Virus record (IMG/VR): IMGVR_UViG_3300042673_001351
Location: 1-64,000 of that record
DNA length: 64,000 nt
Source: a virus
Lineage: Duplodnaviria; Caudoviricetes
Direction: 5' to 3' (one strand)
The notes beneath the pieces were generated by a model. The model ran no database searches, was not told where the DNA came from, and was given only the letters and a program-made list of their open reading frames with translations. Shown here one piece after another: positions 49,960 to 57,804 of the stretch (positions are counted from its first letter, which is position 1; every line of letters starts with the position of its first letter). Made by a program: the position numbers and the translations under genes.

Positions 49960-49977
49960 AGCGTGTCGTGTTGATAA

Positions 49978-49999
49978 TGTCAGTCAGTAATGATAGTCT
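49978..49999 (+). promoter_or_regulatory. PafBC-type promoter 2
   Basis: TGTCAG-N10-TAGTCT. Confidence 0.65.
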
Positions 50000-50036
50000 T
50001 ACCTTAATGAACAACCTAACGAAAGAAGGACAGAAA

Positions 50037-50129
50037 ATGGATAAACTAAACGAGGCACTAGAAGCCTTACAACAAGCAAACAAAGTGTTTGCTGAAATGT
50101 TCGACATAGACGAGAGCGAGGCTAACTAA
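50037..50129 (+). CDS. Acidic microprotein (30 aa)
   Basis: AACGAAAGAAGGA RBS; TAATG overlap with the next ORF. Confidence 0.65.
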   Translation: MDKLNEALEALQQANKVFAEMFDIDESEAN

Positions 50130-50242
50130 TGTTATTTTTTGATTGGGTAGAGGATTATCCTCACATTGTTTTGCCTATCGTGTTAGGCACGATAACTATA
50201 ATTGCTATTGTCGGTGCTATTGTTAGTGGAGGTAATAACTAA
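50129..50242 (+). CDS. Membrane microprotein (37 aa)
   Basis: TAATG coupling on both sides; one hydrophobic helix. Confidence 0.65.
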   Translation: MLFFDWVEDYPHIVLPIVLGTITIIAIVGAIVSGGNN

Positions 50243-50403
50243 TGAAACTAACCTACTCAATTTGGCAAGGCTCTTTACAAAAGGGCACACTAACCGCTAA
50301 GAGCATTAAAGAAATTACTGCTCTAGTTAATGAATTAAACGAGGCAAACCCTCCGTTAAAATTCGAATACCTAATACACAAGATAGAGCAGGTGAATAAC
50401 TAA
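50242..50403 (+). CDS. Hypothetical protein (53 aa)
   Basis: GGAGG RBS; TAATG coupling. Confidence 0.7.
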   Translation: MKLTYSIWQGSLQKGTLTAKSIKEITALVNELNEANPPLKFEYLIHKIEQVNN

Positions 50404-50576
50404 TGATGACTAAATGGGACACTATCCAAGCGGACATAGCAGACGCTTACACCTACTTAGACGAGGCGGAGGTATTGGATAAACACAATACAGAAGCCCT
50501 ATTTGATGAGGACATGATTAGCATGGACGAGGTAATTGAAAATGAATTAACACTAGATTGGGAGGCATACGAATAA
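50403..50576 (+). CDS. Highly acidic small protein (57 aa)
   Basis: TAATG coupling; 18 Asp/Glu versus 2 Lys. Confidence 0.7.
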   Translation: MMTKWDTIQADIADAYTYLDEAEVLDKHNTEALFDEDMISMDEVIENELTLDWEAYE

Positions 50577-50728
50577 TGAACTTAGAATTATTTATAGATA
50601 GCGAATACTTTTCTCTATATATTAACGGGCTATGGCCTAATGGTGTCGGTATAGATATCCCGACATGGCTACTAGTTGGCTCTATTGCTTTTATTTATTC
50701 TATCGTATTACTTAGGAGAGATAAATGA
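50576..50728 (+). CDS. Membrane microprotein (50 aa)
   Basis: GGAGG RBS; TAATG coupling; C-terminal hydrophobic helix. Confidence 0.65.
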   Translation: MNLELFIDSEYFSLYINGLWPNGVGIDIPTWLLVGSIAFIYSIVLLRRDK

Positions 50729-50922
50729 AATCACAATTCGAAAAGGATTTAGAATTAAAGGAAAGCTTCTGCCAGATGTTAGATGAGATTTATCCTACTT
50801 ATAAAATCGGAGTATCAACATTCACCGCCAGCGAAATCTTAGAGTGTTGCGATCCGATTGCGTTCTCTATTGGTTTAATTGAGCATGAGGAATATATGCG
50901 TGAGGAAGGTCACATAGACTAG
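50725..50922 (+). CDS. Hypothetical protein
   Basis: AGGAG RBS; ATGA overlap. Confidence 0.75.
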   Translation: MKSQFEKDLELKESFCQMLDEIYPTYKIGVSTFTASEILECCDPIAFSIGLIEHEEYMREEGHID

Positions 50923-50952
50923 ACGGCGTGTCGCCTTGACAAAAGGCGGAAG

Positions 50953-51013
50953 CGCCCACAAAAGCTGTGGGGGCAAAATGTGATTTAAGACACATTTTAA
51001 AAAAACCCTGAAA
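50953..51013. repeat. Tripartite element copy A
   Basis: hairpin + GGGG-N12-TTAAG-N16-CCCTGAAA. Confidence 0.8.
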
Positions 51014-51107
51014 TTTGCGGCGTGTCGATTTGACACGATTTTTGTGATTAAGAACACATGACTTGAGCGTCTCAAAATGTGGAATTACTGGCTAGTAGGT
51101 AGAGAAT

Positions 51108-51129
51108 TGTCGGTGGCTTCCGCTATAAT
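51108..51129 (+). promoter_or_regulatory. PafBC-type promoter 3
   Basis: TGTCGG-N10-TATAAT. Confidence 0.8.
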
Positions 51130-51158
51130 TGCGGTATAACGAAAGGAAGTGGCTAACA

Positions 51159-51350
51159 ATGGCTAACTTATACACAATACAAGATTTACTAATTGGTAAA
51201 ATCTATAACTCAAAAACTCTGCGTGGAGAAATTATCTCAGCAGATAAATCAGATATTTTTTATGAAAATGCTGAAGGATATTTGGTTCAGGTTAAATCTG
51301 ATACTGGTAAATATACTTACCGAAATATAGCAGTTAAGGTTGGTGAGTAA
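51159..51350 (+). CDS. Hypothetical protein
   Basis: AACGAAAGGA RBS places the start at MANLYTIQD. Confidence 0.7.
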   Translation: MANLYTIQDLLIGKIYNSKTLRGEIISADKSDIFYENAEGYLVQVKSDTGKYTYRNIAVKVGE

Positions 51351-51473
51351 ATGGGATACATAGAAATTTTTAGATTAGATGAGCAGGGTGCTGGCTGGGT
51401 AGATTTATCTCAAGCCACCCCGCAAGAATTACTAGATTTAGAAATCGGATTATTTCAGGAAGGTGCGCTCTAG
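51351..51473 (+). CDS. Acidic microprotein (40 aa)
   Basis: MGYIEIFRLDEQGAGWVDL...; abuts the previous stop. Confidence 0.65.
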   Translation: MGYIEIFRLDEQGAGWVDLSQATPQELLDLEIGLFQEGAL

Positions 51474-51492
51474 GGCGTGTCTATCCCGAAAT

Positions 51493-51514
51493 TGTCGGTG
51501 GCTTAGGCTATAAT
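51493..51514 (+). promoter_or_regulatory. PafBC-type promoter 4
   Basis: TGTCGG-N10-TATAAT. Confidence 0.8.
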
Positions 51515-51544
51515 TACATTAACAACAACGAAAGGAAAACTAAA

Positions 51545-51676
51545 GTGGGAAATATACTAGAAATACTTGCCGTATCTTGTGATGAGTGTGGCGGTGCTGG
51601 CTTCATATTTTGGGGCGATGAAAACAATTACGATGTAGAGAGTTGCGATTGCGCTCTAGAAATATGGGGTATCTAA
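51545..51676 (+). CDS. Zinc-finger microprotein (43 aa)
   Basis: AACGAAAGGA RBS, GTG start; CDECGGAG...CDC. Confidence 0.7.
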   Translation: MGNILEILAVSCDECGGAGFIFWGDENNYDVESCDCALEIWGI

Positions 51677-51876
51677 TGTATAGACTAGATACTTACTATG
51701 ATGGCGAATTAGAATATACATTTCAATTCGCTGACGCATTACAAGCCTTTGAGGCTTTCGCAAAATGTTATGATGTTGGATTTGCTAATGAATTCGCAAC
51801 ATATAATTTATCTATGCCAAATGGCAAAATGTATACTAAAAACTTTAATCGGATTGGATTGGTGTCGCAGAAATGA
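51676..51876 (+). CDS. Hypothetical protein
   Basis: TAATG coupling; MYRLDTYYDG... Confidence 0.7.
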   Translation: MYRLDTYYDGELEYTFQFADALQAFEAFAKCYDVGFANEFATYNLSMPNGKMYTKNFNRIGLVSQK

Positions 51877-52064
51877 TGACCCGTAAAGATTATATTGCTA
51901 CTGCTGAAATTATGAAATATGTTTCAGATAAAACTCACCCTGCTTTATTTTCTAAAGTAGTTGTGGATTTTGCTTTAATGTTTGCGAAAGATAATCCTAA
52001 GTTTGACGCTAACAAATTTTATAGCGCAAGCGGTTATCGTATTCCGCAATTTAATTCTAAATAA
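51873..52064 (+). CDS. Hypothetical phage protein (MTRKDY...DNPKFD..F family)
   Basis: ATGA overlap; motif seen in small phage proteins. Confidence 0.75.
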   Translation: MMTRKDYIATAEIMKYVSDKTHPALFSKVVVDFALMFAKDNPKFDANKFYSASGYRIPQFNSK

Positions 52065-52096
52065 ACGGCGTGGCGTCTTGACAAAGGCGCCAGCTG

Positions 52097-52157
52097 CGCC
52101 CACAAACCCTGTGGGGGCGTTTTGTGATTTAAGACACATGCACAAAATCCCCTGGAT
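52097..52157. repeat. Tripartite element copy B
   Basis: hairpin + GGGG-N12-TTAAG-N16-CCCTGGAT. Confidence 0.8.
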
Positions 52158-52180
52158 TTTGTGGCGTGTCGATTAGGTAA

Positions 52181-52202
52181 TGTCGTAGGCCTCTGTTATA
52201 AT
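52181..52202 (+). promoter_or_regulatory. PafBC-type promoter 5 (variant)
   Basis: TGTCGT-N10-TATAAT. Confidence 0.65.
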
Positions 52203-52230
52203 TCTTATCCAACCAACGAAAGGTCAACTC

Positions 52231-52386
52231 ATGAACGATATTAACTCATGCTACTGTACTAACTATTCTATTTGCACAATTTGTGCCCGTGGCTATTCTA
52301 GCGAAGGCATGGCCGTGTATGATCGTGATCTAGCGCAAGATTGGGCCATGTCAAGAATGGCTGATGCAGAAATGGGGGACCTATGA
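52231..52386 (+). CDS. Cys-rich microprotein (51 aa)
   Basis: AACGAAAGGT RBS; CYC..CTIC. Confidence 0.65.
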   Translation: MNDINSCYCTNYSICTICARGYSSEGMAVYDRDLAQDWAMSRMADAEMGDL

Positions 52387-52408
52387 TGTCAGACGTAGCT
52401 GATACAAT
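52387..52408 (+). promoter_or_regulatory. PafBC-type promoter 6
   Basis: TGTCAG-N10-TACAAT with ATG 7 nt downstream (leaderless). Confidence 0.7.
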
Positions 52409-52415
52409 TCCACTT

Positions 52416-53135
52416 ATGTTAAAAAGATCTAATGATCGCAAGGTTACTAACCTTGTATCTAAAAATGGCAAGACTTCTGCCATTGCTAATACTTTCGGCC
52501 TGCCTGCGGGTAAGGAATTCTCATGCCCTGGCGCTACTAGCATATGCGAAAGCGTATGCTATGCGGGTAAGTTAGAAAAAGTATATAAAGGCGTTAGAGA
52601 CGTGCTCATTCACAATTGGAATTTACTTAAGGACGCCGACGAGCCTACTATGGTGGACCTAATAGAAAATATGATTAATGATTTTAGAAAAGATTGTGAA
52701 AAGAAAAATGCTAAGTTATTATTCCGTATTCATTGGGACGGAGATTTCTTTAATGATACCTATGCACGTGCATGGCAATATGTTATTTTAAACAATACCG
52801 ATATTCAATTTTGGGTGTATACACGAGTTAAGTCTGCAGCGCTCATCCTAGACGGTATTGAAAACTTATCTCTTTATTATTCAACGGATGATGAGAATAA
52901 AGATATAGCGCATGATCTACGCAAGACTGGTACTAAAATTAGATTGGCCTACTTAGGTAAAACCTTTGCCGTTACCGAAAATACTATGAAAGAATTAATT
53001 GGTAAGCCTGGCGCCAAATGTCCTGAAAATAATAAAAGCATTCCGTTAATTTCCACTAGTGGCAGCGCATGCGTGTCGTGTGGATTGTGTGTTTATGGAA
53101 AAGCTGATATAAGATTTTCTGCAAGTAAAAAATAA
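52416..53135 (+). CDS. GP88-family (radical-SAM-like Fe-S) protein
   Basis: FGLPAG..SCPGATSICESVCYAGK, FRIHWDGDF, FWVYTR, CVSCGLC; start uncertain (52383 or 52416). Confidence 0.75.
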   Translation: MLKRSNDRKVTNLVSKNGKTSAIANTFGLPAGKEFSCPGATSICESVCYAGKLEKVYKGVRDVLIHNWNLLKDADEPTMVDLIENMINDFRKDCEKKNAKLLFRIHWDGDFFNDTYARAWQYVILNNTDIQFWVYTRVKSAALILDGIENLSLYYSTDDENKDIAHDLRKTGTKIRLAYLGKTFAVTENTMKELIGKPGAKCPENNKSIPLISTSGSACVSCGLCVYGKADIRFSASKK

Positions 53136-53264
53136 ATGGCAGCAACTTTAGGACAAATTTTTGGGGCCCTAATAGGGTTGGTATTAGTGGCCCCATTCAT
53201 AATTTTTATGTATATATCTCTTAGAAGATTTGATGTTGATCGAGACGGGACTAATGATTACTAA
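53136..53264 (+). CDS. Membrane microprotein (42 aa) with DxDxDG
   Basis: One hydrophobic helix followed by DVDRDG. Confidence 0.55.
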   Translation: MAATLGQIFGALIGLVLVAPFIIFMYISLRRFDVDRDGTNDY

Positions 53265-53268
53265 AAGG

Positions 53269-53328
53269 CGCCCACAAAGCTGCGGGGTCGGGCGTGTCGT
53301 TAAGGGTGTGATACAAATCACCCTGGAA
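53269..53328. repeat. Tripartite element copy C
   Basis: hairpin + GGGG-N12-TTAAG-N16-CCCTGGAA. Confidence 0.8.
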
Positions 53329-53350
53329 AATACAGGCGTGTCTTAAAAAA

Positions 53351-53372
53351 TGTCAGTTAAGTCTGCTATAAT
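53351..53372 (+). promoter_or_regulatory. PafBC-type promoter 7
   Basis: TGTCAG-N10-TATAAT. Confidence 0.8.
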
Positions 53373-53395
53373 TCCAATCTAACGAAAGGAAAACA

Positions 53396-53665
53396 ATGGG
53401 ATATAACACAGCGTCAGACTTAGCAGAGAGTTTTGACTTAGACCAAGCAATTCTACTTCATCTAAGAGGTAATCATTACCCACCCGTTCCATCATCTATG
53501 GTAGCACCATGTATTGATGCTATTGATGCTTATTATGCTGATGAACTTAATCAGTTAATTAAACTGCCTGAAGGAGTATTGTGGAAAGGCAAGCCTGAAG
53601 CCCCTGCCTATGCGATTATAGAGGCTCATCATCTACAAGCGTTTTTACCTGAAACCGACTTCTAA
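53396..53665 (+). CDS. Hypothetical phage protein
   Basis: AACGAAAGGA RBS; HLRGNHYPPVP. Confidence 0.8.
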   Translation: MGYNTASDLAESFDLDQAILLHLRGNHYPPVPSSMVAPCIDAIDAYYADELNQLIKLPEGVLWKGKPEAPAYAIIEAHHLQAFLPETDF

Positions 53666-53666
53666 T

Positions 53667-53688
53667 TGTCGGTGGCTGGTGCTATAAT
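53667..53688 (+). promoter_or_regulatory. PafBC-type promoter 8
   Basis: TGTCGG-N10-TATAAT. Confidence 0.8.
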
Positions 53689-53711
53689 AAACCCCTAACG
53701 AAAGGAAACAA

Positions 53712-53852
53712 ATGGAAATCGGAACAACATACACAACCACCACAAGTGGTATTACTGGAGTTATCAAAGCAATAGATAACCACCCAAGCGGAGTTAATCG
53801 TATTCTGCTTGATGTAAATGGAACAGACCGCTGGACAAGCGTTAAAGCATAA
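53712..53852 (+). CDS. Small beta-rich protein (46 aa)
   Basis: AACGAAAGGA RBS; MEIGTTYTT..RWTSVKA. Confidence 0.7.
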   Translation: MEIGTTYTTTTSGITGVIKAIDNHPSGVNRILLDVNGTDRWTSVKA

Positions 53853-53884
53853 CAAACCAACCCACCTAACGAAAGGAAACACAA

Positions 53885-54307
53885 ATGGCAAGAGGCAAAG
53901 CAATACAGGTAAAAATCGCAACAACTAAGGTTATCAAAGCCTTAGAAGTAAGATTAGCCAAACTAGAGGCTGATTACACAAAGCAAGACGAAAACGAAGC
54001 CAAATACCAAAAGGCTTTAGAGAAGTGGCGTAAGGAAATTGGCAAGTGGGCTATTGCTAATTTTACTAAATCAGAAAACCTACGCACCAACTATCGTCAA
54101 TGGAACAAAACTCTCAATGTTGATTTTGATATAATTATTGACGAGAAAGATTTTCCTGCTGAACCAACTAAGGACTACGAGCAACTACATCAGCACTCTT
54201 ATCGTGAGATGAAAGATGAGATGGAAAATGCTATTCGTATTCTTAAAATGACCGATGAGGAAACTGTAAATGCTTCCACATACAACGCTATTGCTCGTTA
54301 TCTTTAA
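53885..54307 (+). CDS. Hypothetical coiled-coil protein
   Basis: AACGAAAGGA RBS; 140 aa. Confidence 0.8.
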   Translation: MARGKAIQVKIATTKVIKALEVRLAKLEADYTKQDENEAKYQKALEKWRKEIGKWAIANFTKSENLRTNYRQWNKTLNVDFDIIIDEKDFPAEPTKDYEQLHQHSYREMKDEMENAIRILKMTDEETVNASTYNAIARYL

Positions 54308-54395
54308 TTAGATAATCATAAGGGTGGGTGCGTGGGCGATAGACAACACCCACCCCTTATGGTATAATTTTTATCCCTACTAACAAAGGAACACA

Positions 54396-54608
54396 ATGCG
54401 GTATCGTGTAGAAATCTATGATGCTAATAAAGCTCATGATCTAACAATTTATTCTGCAAACAGTTACAACCGTGAATCATTAACTAAACTGGTTAAACCT
54501 AATTTAAGCAAATTTGAAGGCAACGTTAAAGCATATGTTGTTGATACACAAGACAACAAAAAAGTATTTGCTGCATTCTTTCCAGAAGAGATACAAAACT
54601 CAATCTAA
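54396..54608 (+). CDS. Hypothetical protein
   Basis: TAGACA-N17-TATAAT promoter (54340-54368) and AACAAAGGA RBS. Confidence 0.75.
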   Translation: MRYRVEIYDANKAHDLTIYSANSYNRESLTKLVKPNLSKFEGNVKAYVVDTQDNKKVFAAFFPEEIQNSI

Positions 54609-54667
54609 TAATCTTGGGCCAGGCTTTTATGTTCTCCTGGCCCATCTTCCCCTGCGCCCAAGCTTGA

Positions 54668-54712
54668 AGGCTTATCCACAACGTTACGGCAGCCTGTGGA
54701 AAACCCCCAAAA
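54668..54712. repeat. Tripartite element copy D, containing two DnaA-like boxes
   Basis: AGGC-N12-TTACG-N16-CCCCAAAA; TTATCCACA 54672-54680; TGTGGAAAA 54695-54703. Confidence 0.7.
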
Positions 54713-54735
54713 TTTATGTCAAATAAGATAGACAA

Positions 54736-54757
54736 TGTCAGTGCCCCCTGTTATAAT
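54736..54757 (+). promoter_or_regulatory. PafBC-type promoter 9
   Basis: TGTCAG-N10-TATAAT. Confidence 0.8.
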
Positions 54758-54785
54758 AAACCTAACAAACAAACGAAAGGATAAA

Positions 54786-55793
54786 ATGGCTCATAATCTC
54801 GAAGAGCAAGATGGTCAAGTAGCATTTGCGCTGCGTGGCGCTCCTGCTTGGCATAATCTTGCAAATCGCATTTTCGCTCAAGATGAAAATGTAACTACCG
54901 CAACAATGCTTGAAGAAGCAAAGTTAAATAACTGGAATGTCCGCTTGTCGGATGTTGCAGATCATATCCCAAGCACATGGAGAAATACATCAGATAATTT
55001 CTATGTGATTCGTGATAACCCGTTTGATCAAGGCACTGATGTTTTATCAGTTGTTGGCAAGCGTTACAAAACCGTTCAGAATGAAGAGTTATTTGCATTT
55101 GCTGATAACGTTCTGGACAATGATGCTGCAAAATGGGAATCTGCTGGCTCAATTAAAAAGGGCAAAGTTGTATTCGGCTCATTAGATATTCCACGTGAAA
55201 TCGTATTAGACCCACAAGGTATTAACGATAAAACTAAGTTATATCTAATTGTATGGACATCTCACGACGGTTCAGTTGCAGTTCAAGCAGCAATCACACC
55301 CGTTCGTGTTGTATGCCAAAACACTCTTAATCTTGCAATGAAGGGCGCTAAGCAATCATTCAAGATTCGTCATACACAAACTGCTGAAGGCAGAATTGTG
55401 CAAGCCCGTCAAGCATTGGGATTAACATTTGCATATGCAGATGCATTCCAAAAGGAAGCGGAAGAATTATTCAAGCAATCAGTTACCGATAAGCAATTTT
55501 CGGATTTGATTCGCAATCTATATCCAAAGCCTGAAGCAGATGTTAAGGGCGCTTTAAAGAAGTGGGAGAATAAGGTTGTTCTAATTGATGACCTTTATCA
55601 TAACTCACCTACCAATAACACAATTAAAGGTACTGCTTGGGGTGCGTTTAATGCATTGACTGAGCGTTTAGATTATTACCGTACCGCCCGTACTGGTAAT
55701 ACTGAATCGCTAAATGCTGGTGCAAGTGGATTCGATCCAATACTAACTGCAGAGAAGAATAAAATTCTTAAAGCAGTTAAAGCGTTAGCCTAA
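54786..55793 (+). CDS. DUF932 / TIGR03299 phage-plasmid protein
   Basis: MAHNLE..AWHNL, VGKRYKTVQN, ESAGSIKKG, SHDGS, TPVRVVCQNTL, IRHT, GTAWGAFNALTE. Confidence 0.88.
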   Translation: MAHNLEEQDGQVAFALRGAPAWHNLANRIFAQDENVTTATMLEEAKLNNWNVRLSDVADHIPSTWRNTSDNFYVIRDNPFDQGTDVLSVVGKRYKTVQNEELFAFADNVLDNDAAKWESAGSIKKGKVVFGSLDIPREIVLDPQGINDKTKLYLIVWTSHDGSVAVQAAITPVRVVCQNTLNLAMKGAKQSFKIRHTQTAEGRIVQARQALGLTFAYADAFQKEAEELFKQSVTDKQFSDLIRNLYPKPEADVKGALKKWENKVVLIDDLYHNSPTNNTIKGTAWGAFNALTERLDYYRTARTGNTESLNAGASGFDPILTAEKNKILKAVKALA

Positions 55794-55798
55794 ATAAA

Positions 55799-55818
55799 TG
55801 GGGCCCGAAAGGGCCCCA
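55799..55818. other. GC-rich GNRA hairpin upstream of the tRNA
   Basis: TGGGGCCC-GAAA-GGGCCCCA. Confidence 0.7.
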
Positions 55819-55823
55819 CCATT

Positions 55824-55897
55824 GGCCCATTAGCTCAGTTGGTTAGAGCGCTACCCTGTCACGGTAGAGGTCGACGGTTCAAGTCCGTTATGGGTCG
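55824..55897 (+). tRNA. trnD: tRNA-Asp (GTC)
   Basis: Acceptor GGCCCAT/ATGGGTC; D arm GCTC/GAGC; anticodon arm CTACC-CTGTCAC-GGTAG; T arm GACGG-TTCAAGT-CCGTT; discriminator G; CCA not encoded. Confidence 0.95.
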
Positions 55898-55900
55898 CAA

Positions 55901-55960
55901 CGCCCCCAAAGCTAAAGGCAGGATTTTTTTCTTACGACAGGCATAATATTTTCCCCGAAA
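55901..55960. repeat. Tripartite element copy E
   Basis: hairpin + AGGC-N12-TTACG-N16-CCCCGAAA. Confidence 0.8.
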
Positions 55961-55970
55961 TCCTTGTAAT

Positions 55971-55992
55971 TGTCAGTTGGCACTGATACAAT
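55971..55992 (+). promoter_or_regulatory. PafBC-type promoter 10
   Basis: TGTCAG-N10-TACAAT. Confidence 0.75.
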
Positions 55993-56017
55993 TGCGCTAT
56001 TCAACGAAAGGAATAAT

Positions 56018-56776
56018 ATGCCTAACTGGGTGTATAACACATTAACAATACAAGGTCCAAAGTCTGAGATAGATTTTATCAAAGATAAACTTAACGAGCC
56101 ATTTATGGTATGGCACGATAGTTGGAATTCTGAAACTATGCAAATGGAAGTAACTGAATCTACCTATTCTAATCCTGTCTTTGCATTTTGGAATATACAT
56201 TCTCCATTACAAGACGGTATTACAATGCAAGAATATATTCAACAACCTACACGACTAGGAACAGACACGAGTGCACCTGACTGGTTTGCTAAAGAAGTAG
56301 CACATGCCATGACACAAAAAGATTGGTATTCATGGAATACAACTAACTGGGGAACTAAATGGGATGTTGCAATATCAGACGGAGAGAAGTATCCTGATAC
56401 TGAGTTGCTTGAATATAAATCAGAGGGTGATGATAACTGGTTGGTATATAAATATAATACTGCTTGGTCACCTGCTGTAACTATCTTAACTAAACTAAGT
56501 AATCTTATTCCTAACTCTCTACTAACCCTTGAATTTGAGGAGGAGACAGGTTGGGGTGGCGAATATGAGATTGTCCGTGGTGAAGTTAAAGAAAATCTAG
56601 AATATACCAATATGTGCTATGCCTGCCAATCCCATGACACAATAGATTATTGTGAAGAGGGATGTGGGGAATTCTGTTCATCTTGCAAAGAAGGCTCTTG
56701 GATAGACGAAGAGGCTATGGCGCAATGTCAGACCCATAAGGTATACTTAACCACTACCAAAACGAAAGGAATATAA
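56018..56776 (+). CDS. DUF1281/YubB ferredoxin-like domain protein with Cys-rich tail
   Basis: MPNWVYNTL, WYSWNTTNWGTKWD, YNTAWSP; AACGAAAGGA RBS. Confidence 0.8.
   Translation: MPNWVYNTLTIQGPKSEIDFIKDKLNEPFMVWHDSWNSETMQMEVTESTYSNPVFAFWNIHSPLQDGITMQEYIQQPTRLGTDTSAPDWFAKEVAHAMTQKDWYSWNTTNWGTKWDVAISDGEKYPDTELLEYKSEGDDNWLVYKYNTAWSPAVTILTKLSNLIPNSLLTLEFEEETGWGGEYEIVRGEVKENLEYTNMCYACQSHDTIDYCEEGCGEFCSSCKEGSWIDEEAMAQCQTHKVYLTTTKTKGI
56726..56747 (+). promoter_or_regulatory. PafBC-type promoter 11 (inside the upstream CDS)
   Basis: TGTCAG-N10-TATACT followed by AACGAAAGGA RBS. Confidence 0.7.
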
Positions 56777-57255
56777 TGTTAGACAACTTAGAAACATCAA
56801 TGTCAGTACCTCACGAGTATAACTCTAATCTACTTGTAACCTACAAGAAGATTGCAGGAACTTATGCAGCACCTGAAGCACCTGAATATATTACTCAGAA
56901 AGTAGTTGACTTAGAGTGGGCCCTTGAACAAGGTCGCCGTGCTGATGATTTATACAATGGCCTTAGACTTAAGGTTAATGAGTTAGAAGAACTTCTAGTT
57001 GAATTGTATAATCCTAATTATACAAAAGAGGAAGCGCTTCAACAAATAGCAGAACTGTTTGACTTTGAATTATCAAAGACAGTTACAGTAACTGGAACTA
57101 TTAACTTTGAAGTAACAGTTCAAGTACCACTTGATGAGATTGATAACTTTGATGCTCATTACAAACTCGGAGATGAACTTTCATTAACATCGTATGGCAG
57201 CGAAGTTGAAGTAAATGATTGGTCAATCGAAGATACAAATGTGGATTGGGACTAA
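56776..57255 (+). CDS. Acidic hypothetical protein
   Basis: 159 aa; AACGAAAGGA RBS. Confidence 0.8.
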   Translation: MLDNLETSMSVPHEYNSNLLVTYKKIAGTYAAPEAPEYITQKVVDLEWALEQGRRADDLYNGLRLKVNELEELLVELYNPNYTKEEALQQIAELFDFELSKTVTVTGTINFEVTVQVPLDEIDNFDAHYKLGDELSLTSYGSEVEVNDWSIEDTNVDWD

Positions 57256-57470
57256 TGTACTTTGAACTTACTGCTCCGAACCAGGTAGCCTTTAAGCGGG
57301 CTATCTGGGAAGCGGACATAACTGGATTAGATCCACAAGAAATGGATTCATTGACTTTCAACATTGGAACTGGTAGTATTGAGAAGGTAAGTCGCATTCG
57401 TGATAAATATAATTTAAAAGAAACTTATTTATCTCAATTCGAACCAACTGGATACTCAAGGAGAATATAA
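57255..57470 (+). CDS. Hypothetical protein
   Basis: TAATG coupling gives start MYFELTAP. Confidence 0.7.
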   Translation: MYFELTAPNQVAFKRAIWEADITGLDPQEMDSLTFNIGTGSIEKVSRIRDKYNLKETYLSQFEPTGYSRRI

Positions 57471-57616
57471 TGTCAGATTACAGAGATGGATTTCAAGACG
57501 GGTATAAATTTGCTCGTGAAGAGATCATTGATAAACTAAGAGAAATTGATATCTCTGACATTGACGGGTTCTTATTAGATAAACTATCTGACATGATTGA
57601 AGGTAACAAGATATGA
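57470..57616 (+). CDS. Hypothetical protein (48 aa)
   Basis: AAGGAG RBS; MSDYRDGFQDGY... Confidence 0.7.
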   Translation: MSDYRDGFQDGYKFAREEIIDKLREIDISDIDGFLLDKLSDMIEGNKI

Positions 57617-57804
57617 GCGAATGGATTAAATGTGATGTTTGTCCAGCTCAGGCAATGCACCTTGTTAGAGGAACCACTGGCGAGCTGACATTTTGTGGCC
57701 ACCATTACAATAAAGACAAAGAGGCCCTAGACAAATGGGGCTATGAGATGATAGAATTAAATAAAAAGGAAGAAACACCTCAACTAGAAAAGGCGGAAAT
57801 ATAA
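57613..57804 (+). CDS. Small zinc-finger protein (CxxC...FCGHH, actinobacterial type)
   Basis: CDVCPAQA..GELTFCGHH. Confidence 0.75.
   Translation: MSEWIKCDVCPAQAMHLVRGTTGELTFCGHHYNKDKEALDKWGYEMIELNKKEETPQLEKAEI

Noticed and set aside
55824-55897. tRNA-Asp as an attachment site of an integrated prophage
   Set aside because: Phage-type genes with the same regulatory motifs lie on both sides; no integrase or duplicated 3' fragment is seen.
56801-56824. Additional PafBC-type promoters at 56801, 50208, 50644 and 57471
   Set aside because: TGTCRG is present but there is no TAnnnT at the N10 spacing, and the sites lie within coding sequence.
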